Below are positions 11,577 to 25,250 of a DNA stretch of 64,000 bases, one piece after another. Numbering within the stretch: position 1 is the stretch's first letter; each line of letters opens with the position of its first letter. The DNA is from Mytilus californianus (lineage: Eukaryota): positions 7,688,001 through 7,752,000 of the forward strand of contig NW_026262669.1 in the NCBI RefSeq assembly GCF_021869535.1. Reading direction: 5' to 3'. The position numbers were made by a program, and so were the translations under genes. The notes under the pieces are model-generated. The model ran no database searches, was not told where the DNA came from, and saw only the letters and a list, made by a program, of their open reading frames with translations.

Positions 11577-12261
11577 TCGAACAAAAAAAGATTTATGGTA
11601 TTCGTCAATGAAGCATACACTAAACGAAATATGTGCACGTACTATGTAATGGAAGAAAAACACTGACTTCGCTAGAATTTGTGATAATGATAATAACAGT
11701 GGCTGTGTCAGGTGATATACGCGTTCGAGCTGAATAATTTGGCTATGTAGATTGACGCCAAAATAATATGCTTCACTAATAAAGTTAAGAATATATCATA
11801 AATAGATTAAACGGTTGAAATGCATTTAGTACAATTTTACTATAAGATAACTGGGGTTGTGTTACAATGTAGCCACATTATTTGACATTCGTTCTTGGAA
11901 TAAGCAAAATGATACAATTTATCATATTTTCCACTCAAACTTAGAGGTAAGAGTTATTTAAGATATATATTTGAAGTGTTCTTAGATACAATTTCATTAA
12001 AAAAATGACCAGACATCCTTCTTGAAAATTATATCCATTGTCGGTTGTGTAAAATAATCATTGAATAAACAAGGGCAAACATAAAAAATAAAAACAATTT
12101 GTATAGTTTAAAACTTTTGAATAAATGAACCATAGATAAAATAAAAAAATAATAAGCCTATATAGATAAATGTTGTACATAGGTTTAAACAGATACAAAT
12201 TAATTTAGTGTGTTTGCAATATCAACACTGTTTATGACTTTAAAGCTGATATTGTCCTTAA

Positions 12262-12851
12262 GGTAGATTCATGGTATACCGCCATCTTGGATTGTACAAT
12301 TGCAGTACACAATCGGTCTAGATCTTGTCCCAAATCTGCAAATTTGGAGACAGATAGGCAATTTATAGGTTAGACTGTTTATTTAATGAAAGAAAACTTG
12401 GTGATTTATTGCATTATTAAAAATGTTTAAATAAATACCAAATAATTGTGTTTTTAGAATCATTTTTTCAACTTGGCCATTTAAGGGGAGATAACTCATT
12501 TAATAAAAAATTATACTGGACTGATTGGGAAATTTTAATTTTTTACTTGTAGCAAGAAAACAAGTTCGGTGACACCATTTTTTCTTTTTATTTTCTTAAA
12601 GCATATTATAAAACCTATCTTCTCATATTTTATTTCAAAATTCTATCTCATAGATTTCTTTTTATGAACAAAAATGTGTTTTTTCATGAACAATCTAAGC
12701 AAATTTGTGCAATTTCGTACGACCCGTAGCTTGAAAAATAGCACGGTGACCCATACTTTTTATTATATTTTTGGAAAAAGCATAGGAAAAACTTTATTTT
12801 GGCAAAGTAAAAAAAAATTCTATCTGAGGAAATATATACCTATGATCTACC
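12262..12851. mobile_element. Kolobok-like non-autonomous DNA transposon
   Basis: TTAA|GGTAGATTCAT ... ATGATCTACC|TTAA: TTAA target duplication with GG/CC termini. Confidence 0.6.
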
Positions 12852-13321
12852 TTAACAACAATTGAAAGTTAATTTGGTAACAATTTAAATAAATGTGTAG
12901 TTTATTGAAACTATATATTTACCGTTATCAATTTAAAGGTAAATAAAACAATGCATGCTCATTACAATGCCATTGCAACAATGTTTTATATGTGCTTATT
13001 CGCGTTGTGTTGATGCTAATTACGTCGACTTATACAATACGACTTCAATTAAACAAACAATATGAAATAACCTAATCTATTATAGTGAAGATTTTTTTTT
13101 TAAATGTTAAAAATGGTATTCAATGAGAGAACTTGACGTCATACAATTTTTACTGTTTCTGTGTTATTAATAAAAAGCGTCGGGTTCATGCTATACTGTG
13201 TTTTTGATTTACATGAATGTTTAAAGTTAAAGTATCTTTGGAAATCACATCTCTATAATAAATTTAATCGTTTTTATCAAAACTTGTCTATAGAATTATT
13301 GAAAACGTTCAGTGCTATATT

Positions 13322-14195
13322 TTTGTAATATGTGTTAGATTTTAATATAATTCTACTTTTTGGGAATGTGTGTTAGATTGTGAAATCCCACTTTTGGGTA
13401 ATATGCGTTAGACTTTGATATTTAATTTTTGAGTAATATACGTTAGATTGTGATATACCATTTTTTTTTATAATATTCGTTAGATTTTGACATTCCACTT
13501 TTGGAAATAAGCGTTAGGTTTTGATGTTCCATATTGAGGTTATACACTTCATTTTGAAATTCTACTTTTTGGGTAATGTGTGTTAGCTTGTGATATTCGA
13601 CTCTTTGGTAATATGCGTTAGATTTTGATTTTCCACTTTTTTAGGTAATATGCGTTAAATTTTTATATTCAACTTTCTGGTAATTTCGTTTGATTTTGAT
13701 ATTACACTTTTTGGGTAATATGCGTTAGGTTTTGATATTCCACTTTTGGAAAAAAGCGTTAGATTTTGATGTTCCATTTTTAGGTGATATAGGTAATTTC
13801 GAAATTCCACTTTTCGGGTAATATATGTTAGATTTTGATATTCTACTCTTTGGTAATATGCGTTAGATTTTGATATTCCACTTTGCTTGGTAATATGCGT
13901 TATATGTTGATATTCTCCTTTTTTGGGTAATGTGGGTTAGATTTTGATATTTACTTTATTGGTAATATGCGTTAGATTTTGATATTCCTTTTTTGGGTAA
14001 TATGCATTAGATTTTGATTTTCCACTTTTTGGTAATATGCGTTAGATTTTGATATTCCACTTTTCGGGTAAAATGCATTAAATTTTGATATTCCACATTT
14101 TGGTTATAGGCGTTAGATTTTTAAATTCCACTTTTTGGTAATATACGTTAGATTTTGATATCCCATTTTTTGGGGTAATATGCGTTTGATTTTGA
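13322..14195. repeat. Minisatellite, ~36-bp unit (GGTAATATGCGTTAGATTTTGATATTCCACTTTT), about 24 copies
   Basis: Directly visible tandem array with variable T-runs. Confidence 0.95.
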
Positions 14196-14237
14196 CTTTT
14201 TTCAAAAGTAAATTTCGTTTCAAATAAGTGCACCAAT

Positions 14238-14320
14238 GTCATAAATAACGTGTTATAATTTTTAATTTGGTCGAATCATCTGTTGACCTGTATCAGAAGC
14301 ACACGAAAACTTCAAAAGGT
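14238..14320 (+). promoter_or_regulatory. Possible core promoter and non-coding first exon of the secreted-protein gene
   Basis: The first coding exon has an acceptor (TTTTGCAG|14615) upstream of its ATG, implying an upstream UTR exon. The nearest good donor is AAAG|GTAATA at 14319, with an AT-rich CATAAATA motif near 14240. Confidence 0.25.
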
Positions 14321-14630
14321 AATAGCAAAGAACCATCATATTACACAAGAAGGAAGTAGTACCTACTTTAAAAAAAATACTTGTTTAAACATTGAGCTAT
14401 ATTTTTACAGGATAGGGTCTAAAATACATTCTTCCTTTTTCTTTAGCTTTTATTAAAATATAATACAATACAAATTATTTTCTTCTTCAAAAGATTTTTA
14501 CTAAAAATTTCTGGTTCATGACAAGATGGCTAAAACAAAACATTTAACGGGGAAATGATTAACATTTCGGATATATAATGATCATATGTTACACATATTA
14601 CGCATATTTTGCAGCTTAACACCATTAGAT

Positions 14631-14688
14631 ATGGCTCTTCGAAACATCCTGTTTTTGCTAACTATCGTTGGAATTGCTTATTCACAAG
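14631..14688 (+). CDS. Secreted Cys-rich protein, coding exon 1 (signal peptide MALRNILFLLTIVGIAYSQ)
   Basis: ATG at 14631; n/h/c signal-peptide pattern ending in AYS-Q; phase-1 donor AAG|GTATGT at 14689. Confidence 0.8.
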
Positions 14689-16464
14689 GTATGTTGGCAT
14701 TAATTTGTTTCAAACTGTTTATCCCTGATTCAAGTTCATCATCAACATGTCTTATAGTACCAGAATAAACATTTTTAATGTTATCATCTTGTCGTTAAGA
14801 TGAATAAGTATGGATATGAAAGTACAAGAGGAAACCATTAAAATTAGAGATTACATTTAGGCATGGTTGGAAGTTCAAAATACCTATTTTGATAGCATGG
14901 TCGGAAATACCTACTGTCAATTGACAAAATGTTGATAATACCTTCTGCAATTTTGAGTCAACAATTGAGTCCTTGGCTTTGATTTATAGTTGGCTTTTTT
15001 ATTTATTGAAATCAGTGTTATACTTACCAAAGTATGATATTTCCAAGATATAGACAATATTCTTACAATGTAGGAAGATATACAATTTATTTGTAGGACA
15101 AACAAATTTTCCTACAATGTACGAATACTGTTTTTATTCTGCATTCTAACATCCTGAACATTTACGTTTTAAAGTAGTTTTTGTTACTTCCCAACAGTTG
15201 AATTTGTATCAACATGACTTAAATGCTGACCGCAATGAGAACCACAAAATGAAATGTGAGGTAAACGATAATTTAAACAGAACCGTTGGCTGAAAACAGA
15301 ATCAGGATACAAGGAGACTATAAACTTGTACTATACTTTTATCGTTTTATGTTATCTGTACTCCTGTACTTATATAGAAGAAAGGTCGATCGCAGCTTGA
15401 AATATAAAAACAGGATTTTATCGTTTTTAAGACTTTACTTTAAAATATAAGAACACCAATCACTAAAGCCACTGGATGTTTACGTACATGAGTACCATGA
15501 CGGGTGCCACGGAGCAGCTGTTTTTAACCCTGTTTTTGATGGGGTTCGTGTTTTTTTAATCTTTGATATTTCTATGTAGTGTTTAGGGGACTTGGTCTTC
15601 TTTTCGTCTCTTTCGTTTTTTTTTGTTATGTGCTATGGTATTGTCGGTTATTTTTAGTTGGTACCTTCTCATTTTACCCCGAGGAAATATTGTACGAAAA
15701 TTAAGATAATTTCTGTTTTTATTAAACATTCGCCCGCCTGCGATTAAACGTGGTGATATAGACTGTTCAACAAAGCAAATTGAAAAAAGTTAATGTTCTT
15801 CCAAGAAATGTTTCATAATATCAGTTATGACATTGTACTACGAAAAAAATACAATAACAATTAATCATTACATTGAACTTATATACGACTTTTGTTAGAA
15901 TTTCCTTAGTAATGCTTAAAAGGATGTTCCCTACTCTGTTTAAAAAAAACCAAGCTTTTTATAAGACTTATATAAATTGATAGCATATAAATACCGGAAC
16001 TAAAAAGCAGAACAAAATGAAGGGTTCGTGACCTTGTCTTTGAGATATAAGCCATTGACAATCTGGCGGGAAATTATTCTTTCTTGATTGTTCATACATT
16101 TACCATTGGCACCTTTTTTTCTTTCAAAAACTATGAAACATTAACAAGGATTTTATGAGATTTTCAAATATGGCTTTTTAAACTATATGTTATAAAATAA
16201 TGAAAGGAAAAGTAGGGGCTAGCGGGCAAAATATTTATCAGCACTATATGGATAAAACCAGAAATTCCGAATATCTGACAAAAACATGAGGAGCAAACAT
16301 CCTTAATGATTATTATTAATATGATACATTTATAAGTAGATGTTATCAGATATTCTTCAAATATGTGAAATAGCACTGCCGATATCATCAGCTAGTCTTT
16401 TATCAAGTCATCTTCAGGCTTGCTAGGGAAACAAAGAAAAACATACAAATACAATCCGGTAATT

Positions 16465-16590
16465 CGATTGTCTGGTTGTCTGCCTATCTATATAGGAAAA
16501 TATCAGCTGCGCTCACTCGACAAAAAAGCTTTATAGTGTGACTCGCAGCTGATATTTTACAATATCAATATGCAGACAACCTGACAATCG
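16465..16590. repeat. 126-bp fold-back (MITE-like hairpin)
   Basis: CGATTGTCTGGTTGTCTGC...AAAATATCAGCTGCG / CGCAGCTGATATTTT...GCAGACAACCTGACAATCG. Confidence 0.75.
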
Positions 16591-16679
16591 TTACATCTTT
16601 GGAAAGGAAAATACCACAATTATTCACCTTTTGATTTAAATATTTTCAGAAAAAGAAGGTTCATTATTTTTTTACAGCA

Positions 16680-17845
16680 CTGAGTCGATACCTCTGCAAG
16701 TGGACTATCAGGTCCCGAGGGTATCATCAGCTCAGTAGTCGGTACTTCGGTACTGACATGATTTATAACAATCCTTTCTGAAAGTGTGCGTTTATTTAAT
16801 TTTGAATTATAAAGAAACTATGTTCGGGTATTTCACATCCAATTTTTTATGGTAATATTCTTTACAAAGCACAACAATGTCAGTATTCACCTCAAAAGCT
16901 AACAAAACCTTTAAACAGACTTATTAAGAAGGGATATAGTTACAATACTGTTGTCAGGTCATTAAAAATCGCATATTTTGGCTTTAATATTGATTCACTT
17001 ATAGGGTCTTTGCATCGGAATTAAACATATTTATTCTAAAACCAGTTGTTGGCATGACACGGGTTATGTTCTTCTCATATAGTTTAGGACGGTATAATAC
17101 TAAACCCCTAACAGGAGGGATTGTGCCTGATATTCATATGATGAAGACATAATCTTTCAATCAGTTTAATTGAGGTCTGGAGCTGGCATGTCAGTAACTG
17201 CTAGTAGTCTGTTGTTATTTATGTATTATTGTCATTTTGTTTATTTTCTTTTGTTTCCTATTCCGATATCGGACTCGGACTTCTCTTAAACTGAGTTTTA
17301 CTGTGCGTACTGTTGTACGTTTGTTTTTTCTACATTGGCTAGAGGTATAGGGAGAGGGTTGAGATCTCAAAAAGACATGTTTAACCCCGCCGCATTTCTG
17401 CGCCTGTCCCAAGTCAGGAGCCTCTGGCCTTTGTTGGTCTTGTATCATTTTTAATTTTAGTTTCTTGTGTATAATTTGGAGTTTAGTATGACGTCCATTA
17501 TCACTGAACTAGTATACATATTTGTTTAGGGGCCAGCTGAAGGACGCCTCCGGGTGCGGGAGTTTCTCGCTGCATTGAAGACCCATTGGTGGCCTTCGGC
17601 TGTTGTCTGCTCTATGGTCGGGTTGTTGTCTCTTTGACACATTCCCCATTTCCATTCTCAATTTTATGGTTTCAACTCCCTCAGGCAAAAATGACCTAAG
17701 ATGGGTTTGGCTATATTTTTAAGGTATATTTTTGTCATATAGCTCTTCAACTTTTTCGGATCTTGCACATGCTTGGCTTTCAAATATTCGGCGGCTTTAA
17801 GCGTTCCTGATGAAGGTTTATCAAGAGAAGCGCTTCGAACGTTTT
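16680..17845 (+). mobile_element. Composite Penelope-associated repeat (RT tail remnant, family A module, hammerhead-like motif)
   Basis: 16870-17020 reads HLKS*QNL/TKPLNRLIKKGYSYNTVVRSLKIAYFGFNIDSLIGSLHRN* (with a frameshift), like a PLE RT end. Its sub-modules recur at 37683-38010 and 39370-39450 in reverse. Confidence 0.5.
17801..17841 (+). ncRNA. Hammerhead-like variant (class with A-GG...CC-A stem II), decayed copy
   Basis: GCGTTC-CTGATGA-AGGTTTATCAAGA-GAAGCGCTTC-GAACG; better-preserved copy at 37683-37724 (minus). Confidence 0.4.
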
Positions 17846-19444
17846 TTTTTTTTTTTTTTTCACTCGGCTGAAAATTTAGGTTGATCAACATTTGTGGTTA
17901 AACTATTTTACCAAAATATCTGAAATGTTAATCAGTTATCCGGTGACAAATCTGTCATACATACCAGGATAAGACCATACAAACGTAATATCAATAAAAA
18001 AAAACCTGCTTTGTACTACATTTTGTAGATCTATAAACTGATAAGGATTTGTATTGTGCTAGTTCAAAAGGTTATAATCCGCAAGATATGTCAACTTGCC
18101 TTATAATTCTATTTGAGTGAGCAATTGCCGGTCTGTGCATCTCCTCTAATTACCGTGTGTTTTGCGGAAACGCAGTGAAAAAATTGTGCAAGTCTTTGTG
18201 TTTGACTTGGCCGTGAATCAAACCAAATACCGTTACCAATAGACCACAGAGGCAGTTATATCTTCTTTTGAAATGAATTTGAAATTTAGAAACATTTGGT
18301 GCATAATGGGAGCCTAAGAAAATTAACTATTTAAAAAAAAAAGATGTGGTAGATCGCCAGTGAGGCAACTCTCCACCAGAGAAACCAAATGACATAGAAG
18401 TTAACAATTATAGATAACCATACGGCCTTCAATAATATCAAAACCCATGCCGCGTCGTCAGCTATAAAAGACCTTGCAATAACAAATGTAAAACAGTTCA
18501 AACGAGAAAACTAACGGCCTGATTTATGTACAAAACAATGAACGAAAAACAAATATGACAATTAACACCAAACGACAACCACTGAATTACAGGCTCCTGA
18601 CTTGGGACAGGCACATATAGAATATGTCAAATAAATATTGTGGCTGTTTCAACTAGTTTGCTGGCTCCATACCCAACCCTTAACATAAGACAGTGGTTTA
18701 ACAATACAACGTAAGTACAAACTATAAAAATCAGTAGAAAAGGGCTTAACTCATCAGATTGATTCAAAGCAAAAAAAAAAACAAAAACAAAACAAATCGA
18801 ACAAAAACACAGACTGGACGTGGCAGGGTATTTTTACAACCCCACAACAAAAAAGGATACCAAGTATAGATCTGTGAGTACTGGCAGTCGCACTGACAGC
18901 TAGTTCAAATCTAATAACAACTAATAAAAACATGAATCTAAGACCAAAAGATCAATCAGTACAACATCTAATGGATAAGGTAAAAAGACGGCAATAACAG
19001 TCAGAGAAAAACGGGACCTTGTGAAATGCTAATATACAGGTATCGACATTTTAGAGCCTTGATCGTGCATATGTTTATTACAATAAAACTTAATATGATT
19101 TTGATTTACTGATATTTATATCAAGAACACCAATATTCAAATATCTAATGACAGGGTTGAAAAGGTAACCTTTTAGAACAATTTTTTAAAGGATCGTTAG
19201 TTTCACCAAGATCGTGTCTATGGAAGAATTTAGTAAATATTTTAAGTAGTTTGTGGTAACGAAATCCCTGACTTAGTGATTAGCCTGTGATATAATTGCG
19301 AATGGAGACGGGGAATGTGTCAAATAGACACCAACCCGACAAAAGAGCAGAAAACAGCCCAAGACCATCAATGGGTCTTCAACGCTGCGAGAAAATTCCG
19401 AACCCAGAGGACTCCTTCAGCTGGTTCCTAAACAATAATGTATA

Positions 19445-20540
19445 CTAGTTCAGCGAAATGGACACTAACATACATAGATTACGGTCATTGAAATCCAAAT
19501 CGTCACTACGGACACGGACATAGCAAACAAGTTGTGATATATAAAAACCGTATGATGCTGTCAGAGGAAATACACCGACCATAAAAGGTAAATTAATAAT
19601 ATGGAACGAAAAATCGTCCTTTTTGTCGTAAATTTTTGTGTAGTTTCCCGTGTAAATCTGAAATAAAACTGAAATATCTAAATCTAGGAACATACAGTTA
19701 TTATTGTTTATATTTGATTTATTCAGTGTATGTGCCTTTTGTTAATTTCGGCAGTATACTAAAAACATTTTCTGTTTTTAAATGACAAAAACATATCATC
19801 AAGATAACGGTAAGTGTTTTTATTTATCATTTTAATGCAAATTTAATGAATTTGGCCATAGACAGTTACTAATAACAGTACAAGAACAAGTCTGCTATTA
19901 AAGGCGGACAATTGGTGCCCATAGGAATACATTCAACCTATGTTAAAGAACGTAATCTATTTAAAATATAAATGTTAATTCCACTATTTCCATATGTTTT
20001 ATTACAAAAGTTAATGATAAGTTGTTTGATAGTAGGTAAGGAACTAGTTAAAAGCACTGACAGATTAGTTGTAGAGCATTGACTAGAGGTTGAGATGAAA
20101 CGATCTTTTACAGATTGCTTTGTGTAGTTTGGGTAGCCAATACATAGTAGGCCCCAAGTTGTGACGTGGTTATGATATGATTGTTTACTATACGACTTTC
20201 TGTGGAGTGCACAGTACTTGAAGTTTGTTTCTTATTCTAGAAATAGACGTATTATGTACTCATATTTCTTAATTATTTTCAAAATGTGATAGCCACAACA
20301 TTCATACTTTTGTTTAGATAAACGTCTTGAAATTTTTTATCAGATTTTTACCATTTACACCGATTTTACAATACGATGAAAGAGCGTCTTTTATGACCTG
20401 AGGACACTGTTTTCAATCTGTTTTAGAATGAGGTCGATATTCTGGTCCTTTTGTCAAAAACCTTTTTACCTCTTGGTCTTGAACGATATGGAGGTCACCA
20501 GTAATTACATTGCAATTGGGATCATATCTCAAATTCGACG
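19445..20540 (-). pseudogene. Decayed Penelope-like reverse transcriptase (in intron 1, antisense)
   Basis: VITGDLHIVQDQEVKRFLTKGPEYRP; MYWLPKLHKAICKDRFISTSSQCSTT; IPMGTNCPPLIADLFLYCY; KIYDKKDDFSFHIINLPF...YGFYISQL. Confidence 0.8.
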
Positions 20541-21730
20541 GTTCACAGTCTCCATTTTTTTGGGTATTTTTTTATATTTTTCATGATGAAACGTGAAATT
20601 ACATACTGCAGTATTAGGCACAAATTACAAAAATTAAGTAACACTTACATGATTGATCATGTCATAATGATATAATTAGATATAAATATTACAATTGATT
20701 TTGTTACATTACATTCCCAAAAAATGTGAAAAAAAATTTCTCTGATTTCTGAACAAAATGTACATAGTTGAGATTCTTTTGATTTACATGGTAGAATCTT
20801 ATGAACAATCTTAAAATGAAAATTTTGTTAAAACGAATTTCTGGTTATAATAAAAGGCATGTAGGAATCTGATGTTCAGTAGTTGTCGTTTGTTGATGTG
20901 GTTCATAAGTGTTTCTCGTTTCTCGTTTTTTTATATAGATTAGGCTGTTGGTTTTCCCGTTTGAATGGTTTTACACTAGTAATTTTTTGGGGCCCTTTAT
21001 ATCTTACTTTTCGGTGTGAGCCAAGGCTCCGTGTTGAAGACCGTACTGTGACCTATAATGGTTTACTTTTATAAATTTTGACTTGGATGGAGAGTTGTCT
21101 CATTGGCACTCATACCACATCTTCTTATATCTATGTAGTAAATAGTATTCCAATCTTCAATCTTCATATTTAAATCTATTTGACATTTATTACGGGAAGA
21201 TAAAGCTTTATTATCTATCAAAAACAAATTTATAGAAAAATTTACAAGATCTCTCAAGTTACAATAGTATAAATGTTTACACTGACGTCTAATGTTGCTG
21301 AGGTATAATTAAAAATCAAACTGGTTTTTGTTTGTATGTATGAAAAAAGGTCCTTCTGTGTTATTAAAATATGGAGATATAAAGTTTAAAATGGTATTGA
21401 ACAGAAACATTTATCGAAATGTCCGGTGTTGGATAAGATTCCCAATACACCTTCATTTTTATATCACTTGGTCCTTATTCTTATTCTAATAGTGATAGCG
21501 ATATCATATGTTTTATCTTCCAATGAAGCATAACAATTATTAGGAAATGGCGTTTATGTATAGAACTTATAATATAATTACAGAACATGTACTCAGTATG
21601 AAAACATACAAACAGCGGTATATCCTTATAGTATAGTCTACTTCATCTAGGTTATAAGAAACAATGCATGGTACGCATCACATGTTTTACAATTACCCTT
21701 TACTTAGCCTTTATGACTTTTGTGATTGGA

Positions 21731-21774
21731 GCGTCCTTGGTGAGTCTTTTGAAGATCAAACGCGCTTCTGACGT
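21731..21774 (+). ncRNA. Decayed hammerhead motif
   Basis: GCGTCC-TTGGTGA-GTCTTTTGAAGAT-CAAAC-GCGC-TTC-TGACGT aligns to the 11533 and 54077 motifs but the core is mutated. Confidence 0.45.
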
Positions 21775-21942
21775 ACAGAAATTAAAGCTTGATATATATG
21801 ATCAGTTACATTACATGTTGTTGTGAATTGATATTTCTGCTTACTTGAGACATTTTAACATTTGTCTGTCTGGCATATGTTCTGTGTCATGTTTCTGACG
21901 CTTACACTTTTGACAATTACATATATCAATTTTGTTTTGCAG

Positions 21943-22129
21943 AAATACCTTCATGTTTGTATCCATGTGCTTGGAGAGGTGATGCTATTCCTCTTCTGAT
22001 AGAAAGAGAAAGTATATGGGTCATTAATACACCAACCGTCGGTATATATACAAATACATCGAGTCCAAAAGGAGATCAAAGAACAACATCTGAATGTATC
22101 ATGCGGGATGGACCTTTCTTCATAATAAG
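21943..22129 (+). CDS. Secreted Cys-rich protein, exon 2 (EIPSCLYPCAWRGDAIPLL...SECIMRDGPFFIIR)
   Basis: Acceptor TTTTGTTTTGCAG; 187 nt open in the phase dictated by exon 1 (phase 1 to 2); donor AAG|GTAGGA. Confidence 0.85.
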
Positions 22130-22642
22130 GTAGGATTTTAATTATTTATAAAGGTGGATATATACTCAAATCAAATATCCTTCTACATTCTCCAAGGCAA
22201 ATATTATCCTGGATTTTTGCAATTCCTTGATAAATGACATTTCGAAATCTTTTTGATGTAGGTCTACGATTTATAGGGTGCCTGACTAATTTTTGAATCT
22301 CAATACAGTAAATGCTGATTAATTAAGATATTTCAATAAAAGAAACATGAACATCACATGTAATGTGCATTCAAGAGATACGATTAAGTTCAGTTTTTAT
22401 CAACTTCCTTTTATATATATATTTCCAAAATGACTAATGCATAAAAAAAAGAATAATTCACCCTCCATTTTGTAACTGATTTTGCTTAAACGTTATGCAA
22501 TATCAGTGGAAAGTCAGTAAAGTGTATATCACTAACAAATGTAGTTATAAATCAAACAAGTCAAGTCGTACTGTCAACTATTATTTATGTCTCATATATG
22601 AAGGACCTTTCCTGAAGTCTATAAATCTGAACATCTTTTCAG

Positions 22643-22716
22643 AGGAGACGGAGTGTTTGCCTGCTTTAAATATATACCAATATCTGATACAGAATGGTAC
22701 TACTATATGACAGAAG
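22643..22716 (+). CDS. Secreted Cys-rich protein, exon 3 (RGDGVFACFKYIPISDTEWYYYMTE)
   Basis: Acceptor CTTTTCAG; 74 nt open, phase 2 to 1; donor AAG|GTATTG. Confidence 0.85.
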
Positions 22717-23349
22717 GTATTGATATATAGTTTTACACTTAATTGTTATTAATTACAAATGAAGTAGTAAGTAGGAAACTGATCAGGAACGGTATCCTCT
22801 ATATTGTACTACATTCAATTCAAAATACAGAAGCATTTACCACATTGTAACATATAAAATATAAAAATTACAAAGGCCAAGGATAATCAAAAACGGAAAG
22901 CCCTCTATCAAATGGCAACACCAAAAGCTCAATCAATCACACGAATGGAAAACAATTGTCTGATAATCTTGAATAAGTTTCATTTGATTTGCAATGTACT
23001 ATTACATTTTCGATTATACTTCAATTTATATTTGGCTATTCTTTTTTATTTCCTTTTTTTTTTGTCATGTAGCTTCTGACGTTTCTATGAATTAATACAT
23101 CACTGGCTTTCAAACGTTTTTTGACATAAAACTCTTTGATTATACCAGACAAGGAGTTGAAGAGAGACAACTCTTGCATATTTTATACTAGTAGTTTCAT
23201 AGAATGAATCAATATATATGGGCGGAAGCCTTTACTTTTAATAAAAAATGTTTGTTCAATTTATTTACACAAAATGGATCTTCATTACCCAATTCATTGT
23301 AAATAGGTTGTTACTGCTTATATTTATTGTATTTGTATAGAGAACTTCG

Positions 23350-25250
23350 GTGAATTACTGCATTCGAAAAACATTTCCAAAATACAGAACTCCCCAGCCC
23401 ATCAACTGGAAAAAGAACTTCAGGTTACTGATGTATGCAGTTGAAAACTATGCTAGAAAATGGGTAAAGCGCATTCAGAAACTACGATGTTCTATGAACA
23501 CAAGGGTGTCTAACCCATTCAAGAATCCGGAGGTTGTGGTTGATTTATCCTCTTTGCATGACAAATATGTCGTTGTTCCAGCAGATAAAGCCTCCAATAA
23601 TATTGTCTTCGTATGTAAAAACCATTATTTGCAATGTCTCACAGAAGAGCTCGGAATAAAAAGCACAACTGGTAATCCTACATATTCTTTAATATCATTT
23701 ACAAAGGATGAAATTTTACAAAATCACACATCTGTCCTTCTTTCATTTGGTATTAACATCAAAGAAAACGAAGAAAATCTACCGGCATTATACTGGATAC
23801 CAAAACTTCACAAAACTCCGTATAAAGAACGATACATAGCTGGATCTTCAAGATGTTCGACTTAACATCTTTCTAAAGTGTTGACTACTATTCTTTTTAC
23901 AGTAAAAGATGGCCTTCAAAAATATTGTGACTAGATATATTCAACCAGTGTTGTCAATCAGATGCGGATTCTCAAAAATTCTAAAGATTTACTCATTAAA
24001 CAGAGCTTTTTCTATAAAAATAGGAATCGTAGATTTAAAAATTTCTTGTTTTGGGTTATTATAATTCTTATTTTGTGAAGAACCACACTGATTCTATCAG
24101 AAAATACAGTGAAGATGATATTATCAAAATGCTGGACTTTTTAATCGACAATATATTTGTTGAGTTTGGAGGATTGATATTTCAACAGACAGTCGGTATT
24201 CCAATGGGTTCTAATTGTTCAACCCTTCTGGCCGACTTGTTTGTGTACTCGTATGAAGCAGAATTCATTCAGAACCTTCTAAAAGACAAAAAGAAAAAGC
24301 ACCTTGCTAAATTCCTTAATTTTACTTTCAGATATATTGATGATGTCCTATCACTGAATAACCAATATTTCAGTCATTACTTGCATCTCATATATCCCAG
24401 TGAACTTGAAATTAAGGATACTACTGATACAGGAAGGACTGCTTCATACCTTGATCTTTTCCTCAATATTGACAGAGATAAACGACTTCACACTAAAATC
24501 TATGACAAACGGGATGATTTCAACTTCCCAATTGTCAATTTCCCATTTATTAGCAGTAACATACCCTCAGCTCCTTCGAATGGTGTTTACATATCTCAAT
24601 TGATACGTTATGCTCGAGCATGTTCACACTATGCTGACTTCATATACATGAGTGTGCTTCTTACGCAGAAACTGCTCCAACAGAGTTATGAGAAGGAAAG
24701 ATTAAAAATGACACTCCGTAAATTTTATGGGACACCATCACGAATTGGTTGATCTTTACGATGCATTTTTACCACGTCTAAGATTGTGGTTTAACATCTA
24801 TGTCGTCTGTCTGCTAAGTACCGAACGTGACCTATTTCCGAATATGACTGTTATACCGAGTGTGAATTTGCATTGCTATACGACGTGTCTCGGTATTTTG
24901 TACATCCAACATTCATGTATTTATTTTTGAAGTTTTTGTTATGGTTTCGGTTGAATAATGTTTTATGTATTATCGTGTGTTGTCCAAATAAGTATAAAAT
25001 TGCCTTTCAATACCATCATTGTCATATTTGAGAATATGACTGTTATACCGAGTATGAATTTGCATTGCTATACGACGTGTCTCGGTATTTTGTACATCCA
25101 ACATTCATGTATTTATTTTTGATGTTTGATGGTTTCGGTTGGATAATGTGTTATGTCTTATCGTTTGTAGTCCAATATCATCATTGTCATGAAAATTGTT
25201 TAGGCGAGTATTGTGAAAATAATTGTATAAAGTTCGAAATTGCATGTTAG
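23350..25250 (+). mobile_element. Decayed Penelope-like retroelement (RT plus 3' UTR) in intron 3
   Basis: FPKYRTPQPINWKKNF; VVVPADKASNNIVFVCK; LYWIPKLHK; QQTVGIPMGSNCS; FRYIDDVLSLNN; KIYDKRDDFNF. Interrupted by stops and frameshifts; the 3' UTR has a 190-bp-period tandem duplication (24840 and 25030). Confidence 0.9.
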
